A stretch of 64,000 nt of DNA from NCBI GenBank assembly GCA_030704615.1, contig CM060733.1, forward strand, positions 16,926,001 to 16,990,000, written 5' to 3'. A program made the position numbers and the translations under genes. Shown piece after piece: positions 21,701 to 35,962 of this stretch. This stretch comes from Takakia lepidozioides. Lineage: Eukaryota; Plantae; Bryophyta. A model generated the notes under the pieces. That model saw only the letters and a list, made by a program, of their open reading frames with translations, was not told where the DNA came from and did not search any database. Positions within the stretch are counted from its first letter, which is position 1. Each line of letters opens with the position of its first letter.

Positions 21701-24700
21701 TTAATGGTACACTGGAATGGACTTCTTGTAACTTACCGAGCATTTATGATCTCTGCCAAAAGAGTCAGTGCCACAGAAGCATACAAGGGATGACGCCGCC
21801 TTTTCCAGCAAAGGGTGCCACTATTGTCTTTGATCACTTCTACACCTGGTGGGGCCAGTGCACATGCTTGCTCCTCTGTTTTTCAATCTCGCAATTCAGC
21901 AAAAATATTAGTTCAGATTCAGCTAGAATCAGGGATTATGTAGTCATGTTATATCTTCGTTATGTGCAAGTGCATGGGACGTGCCAGGTTGTTGGGCCTG
22001 ACTTCCACATGCTTTGCTAAAGCAAAAACACTCATGATTGGAAAGTACAATCCATATTCACAAGACAGAAGACAGAAGCAAGCAAACAAATTTCCAGTGA
22101 CCATCTAGCAGGCAGGTTCAGTACTCGAGATTAATTCTAATAGACATATGTCTCGAATAGAGTCTACAAATTGGAATTTCGCATTTAGAGAACCACAAAT
22201 GTGTGAAGCCCATGTGTCTATGGCAATACAAGATAACAGGAAAGTCGTTCAGCATTTTGAGCACCATCACCAACAAGGCATAAAGTAGTCTTATAAGAGA
22301 CACACCTGATAGTGATGTGGGGACAGGCTCAATGAGCGTATTCAAATCTCGACCATCAGAAGTGAAACCCCACCTATTTGGTGCAGCACCAGCTATATAA
22401 GCACAGGCCCGCTCATCTGTATCCCTGAGAAACAACTGCATCCACAAATACAATAATCTATCCGTTACAAGCCACAAACGGCCAATCACACATGCGACAA
22501 TACAGCACAGACCAATGATCGAAGCTTAGAAAGAACCCCTAACTAAAAACCACAGGAGCCCTTATATCTTGGGTGTGGCCAACCCAAATACAGTGTTTAG
22601 AAACCCCCACTCACTCTACACACAAAATTAGACACGGGAACAATTTCCCCCAAAATGATCTTCCTACGACATCTCAATGCAACCAACCGCTGAACAGCTG
22701 GGCTCAAGGTAATAACACCAAACACTCGTCACAAGAAACCAGGAGACCATGAAGCTCTAGGGATAACTACATCATGCAATATACATGATAGCCAACAAGC
22801 ACATCAAAAAGAAACTCACCTGTTGATGGCGTAGATCAGCCGAGGGGGAAATATCGATGCGCACAGGTTTCTCAGCTGCTTCGGCAGCTTTGCAAAGGTC
22901 ATCCGCCTTAAGGGCCACAGTGCCTAAGTAGTCAAGTAGACATGCCTCAACTTCTTGCTCTGAGAAGTCGCCTACTACACACACCTGCACCCACATCCAT
23001 TTGGATGTCACATCCTACCCAGCAGAGCACTTTTATCAACATACTAACCAATTGCAGACTTTCAGTGATTGCATAAGTGATGTTGCCCACACACACCTCC
23101 ATATTTGAAGGGACCAACTGTTGCATCACTGCCTCCCTAACAACTGGTAGAGACAGCTTCTCGATGGACTGTGGGGATGGCTCAACAAAGCGCTCTTCAC
23201 CCTTGAACATTGCACGCATCAACCGGTGTGCAGTTGCTCGTTCCAAGCTCTTAGGCATTGCACGATAGTGTGATAAATACAGCTGCTTGGCCCTGTCCAA
23301 GGCATCTTCAAGCCAAACATTGTGCTGCAAGTCAAGGGAAGTGCATCATGTTAATATCCCCAGAAACTGCATGTTTAAGGATGCAAACAGGCACATTACA
23401 ATACTAGAAAATGAGTGGACCAACAAAGTCAAGACTTGATCAGCTTCAAAAACGTCCCAAGACAATCAACATCAGCTAATGAAAATAATTACCCAGTTTT
23501 AGACTGTCATTTCTGGAAGACCATCTAGGAAGGATGAATACCTCTAGCACCATATGGAGAAGTTGGAAGGTGGCACGCATGCCGCCATCACGTAGTGTGA
23601 AGTGAAAGTCCATGCACATAAACTCCTCGTCTGCCTCCAACACACAGTTGATCAGGTTGCCTACACAGAAAAGTTCCACCTGGACAACCCCACACCATAT
23701 CAGCCACATGTGAAGCATCATACCAAAAACACCAAGCTTGCCAAATTGAATAGAAGGCCTTCTATCTGCCCACATTTTGATCATTTAGCCATTCTCTGCC
23801 AACAGAACTTCAGCTGTGTAAACATCTTCTTCACCCTCATTCACCAAATGCGATATGAGCTAGGAGTCATATGAAGCAAGCAATGGTGCAACCACAAACT
23901 GCTACTTTCGTGACTGACTAGTGTGATGAAGGTACAACCCAGTTCACCTGTTCTCTGGAGAAGCCACCAACAGCACCACCCTCGCTGAGGGTACGGACGC
24001 CGAGAGCAACAGCCCCAGCAGCATCTGGAGTTTCCCGGGCTCTTCCCCCGGCTACTACCAGCCGCATCACACCTCCCTTAGCCTCATTCTGTGTGATCTG
24101 TCATTGTGCCCACAGCAAAAGACAAACATTTATCGTCATAACAGAAGGTGATCTCCATTTAAACACTTTAGTGCATTACTCCAATCATAGTCCACTTTAA
24201 CTAACAACAGTAATGAACTAACACAGACTCCCACCTTGTAATTTACACGTATGCCATTTGACAGACGGCGTTGAACTACACCAGTTGCCTCATCCATGTA
24301 CTTTAGCATGTTCCCGTGCTCCGCAATGGGAAGAAAGCTCGGCTGCCTCCGCATCCGCAGCGCTGCCAACTGAATAGGGGAAACCAGCTCCTTTGGAACA
24401 TCAAGCTGCACAACGATAGGAACCGCCATCAACAATCACAAATTCACCTCAATTTGACTCTTTTCCTTCATCTATCTACGTGTCTCTCTTTCCTCTCCCT
24501 ATATCACAGCTCACTTTCACAGGCTGCATCAAATATTTGAAGCTCAAGGAGTTGACTTCTGTGAAGACATCAATATCATCATCTCCGTTCTTCATTATGC
24601 ACCATATACACAAAGGTAAAATTGTACAGAAAACAAAGAATGCCCACCTCTGGTTCAGGAGTCAAGGGCTCATCAAGACCCTCTGAAATGGCACTAAGAA

Positions 24701-27700
24701 TCGCCTCGGAGGAGATGTTGAAGCTCACATCTCCTACTCCCTCCACATGTATGGTCTTAGGCACACAAGCCACAATAGCAGCAGGTACTGGAGCTGTGGC
24801 CTGCCCAAACTCAGCTATATACGCCAGCATGGTCGCCCCTGCAGCATTGACCTGCCACTCCCACCCCTTGCATTCAGGAATTGAGCACAGGGCTTACAAA
24901 CAGGCACAGTGAGTTTTCTGTAATAAGCACCTAATAGATCGCTAATAAATATTTTTGTAAATGTATAGATTGAGACAGCTAAGGATTCTTCACCTTATTA
25001 GGAAGCTATGCTGCATATTTCTCTACCTTCTCAACTACACCTTCCATCCAAATACAGAAATCAAAATCTCCCCAGGCATCCAATGTGATGAGAGCATACA
25101 TCTTCCAGTGTGACGGTCTCGGCAACAGCCATGAGGCTTTCGTGGCCTTGCTGCTGATCCATAACAGTGTGGGAAAGAGCATCACTCTCCATGATGAAGT
25201 CCAGGTTGTCGATGGATGGTACATTATCAATCATGGCAGCCAAGTGCTCACTGTCCTTGAGCAGAGCATTCAAATAGCGTGCAAGCTCTCCTCTTGTCAC
25301 TCCAAACTTATGCAACCTCCTTACCTGCAACCCAGCGCAGCTCACCATATTACTTACACAATTCCCTTCCACTAAACTGAAAGCCACAACCCACCTTGGG
25401 TAGCTAAGATGAAGATGTAACAGCGATGGCAATGCCAAACCAACCTCTTGAACGCCAACTTTGACAGCACCCTCCCAATGCCTTGGTTCCGCAGTCACAG
25501 TGAGAGTGCTCACTGCACAACCTTCTCTACCAGAATCACTGTGATCCAGCTCAATTCCATTGAAAGGTGGATTTGCACTCTGCCAAGACACACAAATAAA
25601 AGTTGATTTTAACTCACATTATTTAGTCAATGCAGCTACCACTATAACAGACGATGGTCACATCAAAGAGAGAGAAGACATGAAGAAAAATAGAAGGTGA
25701 AAGAGGCGAGCACTCAAATGGAAGGCCCTCTAGCACAGGGGACTGGAATAACCATTTCTCATCAACTGAACAACCCAAGCCCAGCTACAGATAGACAAAT
25801 AAAAGCCATGTAGCAATGTAAAATAATAGCCAGGAGCCAACAACTCTGCAATTAAAAATGGGGGATTATGTGAAAAAGGAAATCTCCATGCAAAGCCAAA
25901 GGCACCATGGATGTCCCGTACACCTGGTAAAAAGAAAACATCTAATATTTTGCCTTTTCATGTGTTCTCACAGCTCCATGACAATATCATTCAAGTGCAT
26001 AAACTCTTAAGCTCCAGAACCACAACTCGGATAGGCAACATCATCAATGTGCATCAATCGAAGGGCTTCCATGCGAAGGGGCAACTAAGTTTGGCACACC
26101 TTGTATCGAGTGTTGATACGAAACTGTAATGTTGATAGAACAATACGTCGCATGAGAACATCCCTCAGATCTGAATACCGTTGCACTCGCTGTACAGGCG
26201 TCTGAATAGAAAAGAAACACCCTCAACCACACAGTGAGCCACCAAACACTTCCAATGCCTTTCCCGACACGACAACCCTGCAAACCCCTTTCTATGCCAA
26301 ATCCTTTCAGAGGATGGTGAACACAACTACCTTCAGGTACTTACAACTGACCTTGCTGCACTAGCCAAGGTTAGGGGACTCAAGAAGCGTGAAGAGAAAA
26401 CACATACTTTGCAAAACAAGCTGATGGAAAAGTTCTGGAGAAGCTCATGTTGGAAGACAAATGGACTCTTTAGCTGGCTTCCAGCACCTGGTAGTGACCA
26501 GCTGTGCACCACAGGTGGCCTCACTGGATGCCTTTCCTTGAGAGTGGGCAATGTTGCAGCAGTGTGGGGAGTAGTTCCATTTGCAGTGGGTGCAGAAGGG
26601 TGTATTCCCGCAGGCGTCGAGCCAAATTGTGCCTGCCACACACCCATGTCTGTCAGCAACAACACACTACGATGTGGGATTTCACTGGACCAGGGCACAC
26701 CTTGTTGACATTCACAATATCACCAGTCGTGGTCTTGCTCATGGGACAAAGCAATAAAGTTGTGGGATGTCTGGCTTGTGTTTACGGCCACCAAGCCAAG
26801 AGTGGAATCTTCTGAGAAGTCTGCCTGATACCACAAGTATACACATTATTGTTCAACTGTAGACAGATACGAAAGAGCAGGCAACATACCTCAATCATCT
26901 CCAGAGTCCGACTAACACTCCCAATGTCCCCAACAATGAAGAGCGTAGCATTTGCTGGAAAGTACCATCGTTCATGGAATGCTTTGATAGTCTCAGGATC
27001 CCAGTTCTGTATTTGCTCCTCCAGGCCAATGGGAAACCGATATCCCAGCATATTTTCTGAATGCAGTTGTTGTAGGAGCTGCAGTTGCAATCACTGATAC
27101 ATCAAGCCAACTGCCTTCAAAGTCTTGGGACTTTTACCACGCGGAGAATGCTAGGAGTGTTTCATAAAAATATGTAGTTGGTTTAATACCATGAAGGGAA
27201 GTAAGAAGCAGCAAGCACCTGACAGTCAACCCTGTACTCGATGGTGTTCATCATTTGAAGCTCTGACAGAACAGCTCTGCGCTCTTTCTCCACCCGCGAT
27301 GCAAGAAACTTCGGCTTGAAAGCAATCTGTTCATAAGATGAACACTTGGGTTAATGTGCTCCACATGCCAAGTACTTTTTCCTCCTTTCGCTGTGAATAG
27401 AAATTGAATCGATTGAAAATAATGTTCCAACCCTAAAGCACTACTGATTCCACAGCAAGTGGGGCTCTGCACACATCCACCAGGCACTGGTTGTTTGCAC
27501 AAGATGACCTTGCAGGCTTGCTCAAGATAAGAGTGCAATTTCAGCCACCCATAAGTGCAAAGCTAGAAAACATACCTCATGCAAAGCCTCCAACACAAGT
27601 GGAAGCAATGGTTCATTTGAGCCCTGTTCACAGTACAGCATTCAGACAGTGTAAGCAATCAGTCTTTTGTCAAGTAGCACAGTACTCGATAGCTGTCATT

Positions 27701-30004
27701 GGACTCGGTCGGAAATGGCATATCACTGGCAGTTTCTGAAATTTAAGAAAAGGGCTTGCAAGACACTACTAACATAAATGTGATGTCATCATACACGACA
27801 AAATTACCAGGCTTTCTATTCAGGTCAAGGTACTTTATAAACAGGACTGAAAAGGTCTTGTGAGACACTTGCCAGCCTCTACTGTACCCCAGCATGTTTC
27901 ATAGCAATGAAATTGAAGCAGAAGATGAGAGGGTCATTTGGATATGTAGTGAAGGATCAATTACACTACACACACTTCTAATCATGTAAAACTAGCAGAG
28001 ACTGAGTTGCACACTAGCAGTTGATTTGGCTCTGTAGGTGCATGCCTGGGCAGTCACAGGTGAATGGACGTGGAAGACAGTATGATGGAAGTCTGTGTAG
28101 GCATTGGAACGAGCTCCAGTTCCCAAAAGCTTCTCACGCTTCTTACTCCCTAGAAATGCCACATGCTCAATCATGTGAGCAATGCCTTGCTCGTGCTCGG
28201 CCTCATCCACTGACCCCACATGCATCTCCATGTGTGCCTCAAACCTGCACACCCATCCTGTTGGTCAATTTTCTCTTAGCTTTCTGTACAGGATTGTTCC
28301 CACCTATACCAGTTTTCCAGAGTCTACTTGTCTACCAGCAGCATTGCTGATGATCAAAGAAGATTCAAATAAATACAAGACTCGTTCCTGCTGACCTGTT
28401 GGGAGGAACCTTGTTAGGTAGGATCACATAACGAAGACCATTTCTCAACTGGCCGCGGTGAAGCTTGGGATGGGACTGCAGCTTGGACATCAAAAAATCA
28501 CCCACATCCACATCTCGTCCCAGCGTGGTCTCCAGCGACAAAGACTTTCCTTCATGCTCCCGGACACCTTCCTCTGACATCCATGTTAAATTTGCAGCAT
28601 GTGGCTCATTGGGTCCTGTGGTGGCCCGCACCTTCTGCTCACAAACATCCAGGTTCACTTACGCACTTTCTGGAGTCTGGCAAGCAAGTGAATCATACCT
28701 CTACAGACCATTTACAAATGTGAAAAATTGGGAACACTCTACAATTGGATCAAGATCATTCAACATCTCCTTTGAACAACATCTTTGGTGCGGATAAATA
28801 GATCCCACTTTCTCCATCTAACAACCCCCGGACCTGGAACTTTGGTTGGAAACTAAAAGTTGACATTGCAATGACCAAACAGAACAGAGGTCAATCAGCA
28901 ACTTACAAAGAGTCCTCCTTGCAACGGACCCTTTCTCGCAGAGTTGAAGCCTTTAAGTGATAAACCTTCAGGACTTCCCATCCAGCCTAAGGGTGCCCGT
29001 TGTCTCAACCTTGGTCTGCATGTTCCACATACTGGAGGGGTCCGTAGCCATGGCAAGTGCCTAGAACCCAAACTTTCCTTGTGTTGAAGCTTTGCTTGCA
29101 ACTTACCTTCCTCCCCTTGCACCCATCTGCCAAAGCCCAAAGTAGAATTGGATTCATGTTCCCAAAAGGCTCCTAGGAAGGAACTTGGTTTGCTTCTTTT
29201 GGACCTTGAACTCAGAGGTGAAAACTGCATAGAAAAGAGGAAAGGAACCAAGAATGGGGAATACTCTATTGTTAACTGCAAAGAGATACGCAGCCAGACT
29301 GTGTCTTTGATTGTTATCAACCAAGCAAAAACTCCGCACAGGTGCGCAATGCATTTTCTACTGCCGCGAAAGCCCAGCACCTCCTGTTAGGGATGATCTC
29401 CACAATACTGGGAACAGAGGCGTCATCCATTCACTTCCCAGTGTGTCCGGGTTTTGCCATACGCAATAGAACAGTGATCAACGGGTCCCAGAAATCTTAC
29501 TGAACCCTAATTTTACCACCATTTGGACTCAGCACCCTGATATCCAACGCGTCCTGGCATTCTACGGATATTTCCCACTGCAGCCTCGGCCATACCATGC
29601 AAGCTCTCTACCATCTACCCAGTCTTCCTGTAAGTCCCCACAACCAAGTTTCAGGCAACAGCCTGCCCTTCACTTGAGTCAAATGCGACTCTGCCTTGTA
29701 AATTTGAAACCTACTCAAAAACCCCAGTCATTCCCTCACTCCTATGTTTCCCCCTGACAAAAGGGACAAAGGCAATACACAAGCATAAGAGATGAACATC
29801 AAACCTAAGTCTTGAGGAGGTGATAGGACAAATAGGTCGTCTGCGCCTGCCATCTTGCTGGATGGATGCCAGGGTGATTTGGCAGCAAGCAGCAGGAAGC
29901 GTGGTACAAGGCGCCGATGAGAAGGACATTCGACCATCCTGCTGCACCCGGCCGCTCAGCACAGAAACGGCCAATGGAGCAGCGGGCACAGCCAGCACAG
30001 TCAT
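18703..30004 (-). CDS. SPP: Stromal processing peptidase, chloroplastic (M16 metallopeptidase), more than 20 exons
   Basis: Exons read GPNEPHAA, HPKLHRGQLRNGLRYVILPNKVPPNR, FEAHMEMHVGS..GIAHMIEHVAFLGS (inverted zincin HxxEH), RDALGLTYDVSFEL and C-terminal GRGMSTMTRPTT*. ATG 30004 opens a transit-peptide-like exon. Confidence 0.93.
19942..20978 (-). mobile_element. 5'-truncated non-LTR retrotransposon (LINE ORF2 C-terminus with CCHC zinc finger) in an SPP intron, inside a (TC)n microsatellite
   Basis: Uninterrupted frame with RPALEYGSAIW, AVRGEFG, KFKLRAG and CPLCGQSEDSIHFLIHCP. (GA)n tracts flank it at 19907-19941 and 20979-21000. Confidence 0.9.
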
Positions 30005-30730
30005 CCTGTGCACCCCTGAAGAGCCTCCTACTCTTCAATTCCGCCACCACTCCCAGCCTTTTCCCTCAAATTTCTGGAATTAAGTTCACCTCCTCTCCCC
30101 TCCTCGCCACCAATTCTCCACCTAATCTTCGCCCTGTCCCTCCATGCTGCCAGGTAAAACCACAGCCCACTTCAGCCTTTTGGTTCCTCCACAAGCCCAG
30201 CACTGTATCAGATACTTCTTCAGTTACCAAATTCCTCTGTTGGGTTTTCTCTACCTACACAATTCTGTGAGGTGGGTTCTCTACTGACAAGATTTTTCAA
30301 ACGTGGGTTGCCTTCCCTTTGCTCAAAATGAGCAGGGCACGCAAAGCTGCCCTCAGGATCTCGAACTGGTGCAATGCACTGCAGCCGACCTTGTGCCGTG
30401 TAATCTCGGGCTCCCACCCTTTTCCAAATCGGTGACACTGCCGTTCTTCCTTGCCCCCAAACAAGTGTAATGCCACCTGATTGCCAGTCCAAAACAGTTG
30501 GTGGATTGCATTTGGCAGCCCAGTGCTAGAAAGGGCCAAGTAACCTCCAAATCAGACTAGAGGATTGTGAAAAACACTGAGTAGAGGGTCATCTGCATGA
30601 GGGCATCACATCCCACAACTCATAATATGAACTAAGTTAGACTAGATACTGTGGTGATGATGCTGATTACGACACAGCTCAGGCTTGAGGTGTCAGCAGA
30701 GCACAAAGCAGGGGCACTGTTACCCCGGAT

Positions 30731-30762
<32 letters not shown>
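30731..30762. repeat. (ATG/GAT)n microsatellite
   Basis: About 10 consecutive atg units. Confidence 0.9.
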
Positions 30763-31330
30763 AACAACTACTAATGTCCACAGAAAGGTCATTCATCTTG
30801 GAGACACCTCCTGTATTATATTGTCTCTTATCACTGAAGTTTGGCCTTCTTGGCAAGGTTATTTTTTCCTTGCGGAATCTTAATACAGTATGTGGGCTTC
30901 ATCCGCACTTCTAAAGAAAGAAAAGGGATCAGCCTCTATGGCACCCACAATCGAGGTTAACTTTTCCTCTGTGTTCTCCTTGGGCCTTTGTCGCTCTGTT
31001 ATAAAAACTCAGGGCTTCCATCCCCTTTTTTAAGAAAGCCAAACAAAAAAAAAGTGTTGAGGGTAGAAAAGAGGGCCACGACATGGCATTGTCCTTGTTG
31101 GGAGTTTTTGAGTTGGCCTTATGGGAAGCCTTCGCACACATGGCAAACAGACAACTTTGAACCCATGAGTTATGGTTCCTTTTCCAGGATCCATCAGCCT
31201 AAAGCTTAGCCCCCTAAACTTAAAGGGTTAGATGGAAAATTGTCGGGTACTTGACATCTCCGCACTCACTTGTCCATAAGCATTCATATTGTTGACCTTA
31301 CTGTATGGTTGAATAAACTAAGTACCTAAT

Positions 31331-31478
31331 GGACAGGCCCATGCAAACTTGGGGGGCTTACTTATTGAGGGGGCTCATTCAGCTCAGATGTTCTATTAAT
31401 TAGTATAGCTTCAAGTTTCAAGTGATCTATTCTAATCTATCAATAAATAAGCCCCCCAAGTTTGCATGGGCCCTGTCC
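31331..31478. mobile_element. ~150-bp MITE-like element with ~38-bp terminal inverted repeats
   Basis: ggacaggcccatgcaaacttggggggcttacttattga versus tcaataaataagccccccaagtttgcatgggccctgtcc (one mismatch, one indel); no clear TSD. Confidence 0.65.
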
Positions 31479-34400
31479 CTTAGAGGATGGTCCAGGAATT
31501 AAAAAAAGGGATATATAGTAAGCTACAGAAGGATTTGAAGAAATAACCATTTTGTAAGGGGGTAAGAAAAAAGATAGGTAGGAAGCCGACAACTATTAAA
31601 TGGGGGATGGTTTTCAGGCGACAAATTGACGTAAGTAGAGTACAGGTGTCAAGTGGTGGTTTCTAGGGGTGACATGTGCGGGGCAGCCTTCTAGAGAAGT
31701 CCCCACCGCTTGATGGGGTCGTCCAGGGCCGCCCTCCTGGGAGGGTATGTAAAGGAGAAGCAAACTCTCTTCCCTTGCCTCTTAGTACTGATTTACAAAG
31801 TTAGTAACTATTTTAGTGGCTCTGCAGAAGCAAGGCCCCAATAAAAAGACGCAAACATGAACCATAGCTTCTATTCATTTGTAGAACAGCTAGCTTAATA
31901 AGTGGCCACGTTATGGGTTATCATTATATTCACTCATTTTACTTATGCAAAAATAATTAATTTCTTGATGGTATGCATGGATACACAAACCCACATAAAA
32001 CACATGAAATATTATTTACGAAATGTATACATATTAGGGTTTTTTGGACAACTATGCATTGGCAAATATTGAGACTGTGATCTAACTGCATCCACAAACT
32101 CCTGCGTAGTCATATTACTGAAATCCACATCTACATCTACATCTACATCTTCATCTCTATCAACACATATATTGAAGTATCTATTTTGTTCTCGCTCTAA
32201 AAAAATTCATAACACATCGTTGAAACTGGTATTGTCAAGTAGCAACATAGTGCGCCATAAATCCTCGCACTTTTTGTATCGGCAGTGGTTTTTAAAAGAA
32301 TGCAACAAAAACATAAAATTTCCTTGTTCTCAACATTGACGATAGACAGCCATCGAACGTTCCAGACAAGTGTTTGCCAAGCTTATGGTGAATTTGATAC
32401 ATGAAAGCTTCTTGAGCTATGCAGAACCATACATAGCATACAATTATTTGTCTTCTTCTAAATCTGCAGCACTCATCTTTTTGTGGAAAAATTGGAAATG
32501 ACTCAGTTGTTCGTAATTTTCATATATTCCAATATAAGGTCTATGCAAATGATCTTGTCTTAATTTTTTATACATCACCGTATGACCGTAAAGTCCCATC
32601 ATATACAGGCTTTGATTGAAAGGTGAAGTGGCTCTTAGTTACACCGGCCCGGCCGGCGTCGTCTCTCTCTAGGCTTTGATCGATTTGTTCACATGTATAC
32701 AGTTGGACAACGGGTAATGTGGGTTGGAGGGCAACATAATATGGTGGGGATTTGACAGCACGTCCTGCCATAGTGTCTCCCATCCGGGTGACACGACGAC
32801 TTACACCGGTAAGTCTCGCATGCACCTTAACTCCCACTAGATGTCTAGTGTGTTCCGATATGAACTATGTAGTGGGTAGGCAAAAATGTTGTTTTCTACT
32901 ACAAGGTGGAGGTTTTTCACTTGTTCACGCAGATGGTGTACAATTTAGGATGAGGTATATTCTATGGCCTTACAAAGAAGCTCCATGTGTGAATTGTGGA
33001 TCTTGGTGAATCTCTGCTTTTCATCCATCATCCTGACATAAGGGAATAAGCCGTGAAGGTTCTAGATAATTGTGCCGGCCCTGCCATGTATGAGTAGAGC
33101 TCAGAATATTGTTGCCTCATTTCTGTTCATATCCCTGCCGCACCAACCTTTTAGCTTAACATGTTTTAAGTGCATATTGTTAATTTTAAACATGCGTTCG
33201 CCTGCCTCTGCCCGACTTCCTCTCGCCATTTTCTCGCGCCTCCTTCCTTTCCGCCATAGCCAAAGGAGCAACGATGAGACAAGATGAGCCAGGACGGGCC
33301 AATAGCACATTTGGGCCAGGAGCACAATGCTACACATTACTCGAGGCTTTCAAGGACTGCTAGATCAGGTTTTGGTAGCTCGAGCTGAGGAGTCATTTGG
33401 GTTGGAAGGGTAAGAGAGGCCACTTCGTCGCTTCGACTTCAGTTCTATCATTTTGCCAATTGCAAGAGAGAAGGTTCTGATTTAATCTCGGAAGTTCCTT
33501 GATCTCTTTTCGATCTTTGCCAGTGCACTTCACTTTCAGACCAATTGGTCTGTTGTGGTCTCTTTCCAGATCTCCTCCCAACATCATGAGTCTGCATCGC
33601 AGGTACTTCACCTGCATGCGAATCCACTGCCTCACCAGCTGCACTCTCTGACGTCGTAGTTGTGGTGGACATGATGCAATGTAGGAGAGGGGAACAGGAG
33701 CACTAGAGCAAGAGGAACTAAAACCAAAAGAGAGTGCGAAGGAGAAGGCGAATGGCGAATGGTGAATGGGAATGACGATGGCAGAGAATGGCGCGGGCAG
33801 CTGCCCAAAAACGGCGTGCCTGTTTAGATTTAGCACTAGGGGGGTAGTGCTAAATTCGCTCTAAAGTAGAAAGGAAGTTTTTAGGATAGATAACTATAGT
33901 TATGGCTAAAACATTTTAAACATGTCAGTGCGGCCGCGATTTTCTATGTAGCAGTAGTTAGTAGGAGTGTAGCAGGTGATAGTAGGCTGGTGAGGCGGGG
34001 GCCTAAGGTAGTTTACCCTTCCCTACTAAGCTATGTTCTGGTAGAATGCCGCCAAAACAACAGAGAACCTCATGGATGCACTGAACTGAGCCATACAAAT
34101 ATGAGCTTTGCATATACTCACAAATTTGGCCAAATTTCACATTCGCATTGGGAAATTATGAAAAACATTGGTGTATTTTACAAATGGATCGCTCCAACTA
34201 ACCTCCTAATTTTGGGTTGACCAATTATTTCCTGTCTTCTGGATTTTTTATGTGTGGATGCCATAGTCCACATTTAGAATCTAGTCCACATCGAAGGTGT
34301 TGTCATAAAATTACATACCCAAACATGGAAACCAAAAATCAGGGTTGTTTTGTTTGTGAAATGCGGGTGTAAAAGTGACCCTCCATAGCCTCCCAAAACA

Positions 34401-35676
34401 GGTCAGGGCTCCTTTCAATCTTCAAATGAATCATATTTCCTGAGTCTAGTCAATTTATGGAATGCAAGCATTTACACTAGCTAGATTGTCACGTAGATTC
34501 TGAATAAAGAATTCTATGATTGTGCCAACTTTTATGTTAGTATATGAATTCTGGGTTCCTAGAGCGGCCAACTTATGCAAAATGTTGCCTAAATTGGCAA
34601 CATTTCTAACCAACTTGTAGTGTGGTCCATCCCCTCTATATTGGTATTACACATACTATTTTAAGAAAATAAAAATATGAAAATAATTACAGAGCTTATT
34701 TATACCTGAGTACCTAATGTCATGGAGTAAATTTCTTATAGTGGATTTGTGGATTTGTGCTCAACAAGGGGATTGGTATATGCTCGAATGGAGGCAGGAT
34801 CACCAAAAACGGCAATAGGGTACCCATGTTTCCATGGAAATAGAGTATGACACACAAATAATCAAATGGTTAATTCAACAATCTAATGTAGTAAGGCACA
34901 CCACGAATTTCACCAGCAAAATAAATCAAGAATCTAGATTTTCTAGGATTGTATTTATAAGAAAAACTAGATGACATTCTCCATGATGAGGTCTCACTTG
35001 ACGTTAAGTTGATTAACTTCGCTAATGAGATTTTGTGCGATTGTTGTGGTAGATCATTATCCCACAATTTCGTGGGCGAAACAAAATGAACGGTGACTTC
35101 TTTCGCATAGTAGGGACTGCTATGCGCGACAACATCACAAGATGGAAAATACAACCACACCAGACATTGTTTATGTAATTGGCCGTGGTTGAAGTAATTG
35201 GGCCGTGGTTGAAGTAATTGGCCCTGACAGAAGATTCCATACGCCCTAGATGTGTGGCTTGTGCCCATGTGATCAAACATTTCGAAAAATTTTGCATTTT
35301 GCATGGCGTGACACTTTAGTTTCGCCTAAGTATCTCCAAAAAATATTCTGGGAATTTTTGGGTATATCCTCTTCTGCTCGCTCCCTAAGGCGTGAGCCTG
35401 CATGCTACCCCTCTCACACCATAAAACTGCTTTCCATAAAACTGCTTTCCATAGAGTAGTTTTGATGTTAGTTGCTATTCGAGAATTGCATATGAATAGA
35501 TTTAAGTGAAACCCAACTAGTCTTGGGAAAACTATTTTGACATTATTTCATAATATATTTGCACACATTGTTCTGTTCAACACAGAATAATTTCATCCAT
35601 TTGGGGTTCTTAGGCAACATTCAGTGTCGACTGGGAAATCTTTCAAGAGAGATTACATAATCTATATCTTCCTCTT

Positions 35677-35962
35677 AAAAAATGCAGAGTTTTGAAAGCA
35701 AAAATAAACTCATGTGGTGTTAAGCCTACCCAAATAATGTCCATCCACGCGAGGTAGGCAAAACTCCAAAAATGCAGAGTTTCGAAAACGAACGTAAAAC
35801 CACGTCGAGTTAAGCCCACCAACTAATGTCCGTCCATGCAAGGTTTCTCATGCGAAACTTAGGAATGCAAAGTTTCGAAAGCGAATGTAAAACAACGATA
35901 AGTTAAGCCACCCAAATAATGTCCGTCCATGTGGGGTTTCTCATGTGAAACTAAAAATGCAA
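35677..35962. repeat. Three diverged ~92-bp tandem repeats
   Basis: aatgcagagtt..gaaa...gttaagcc..ccaa.taatgtcc.tcca recurs at ~35680, ~35770 and ~35863. Confidence 0.75.

Noticed and set aside
30632-30856. Poly-His ORF
   Set aside because: Produced by the (ATG)n microsatellite; no other coding signal.
33448-33672. NWSESEV, similar to the start of a trihelix/Myb-like domain
   Set aside because: The match is too short and does not continue in frame; not called as a gene.
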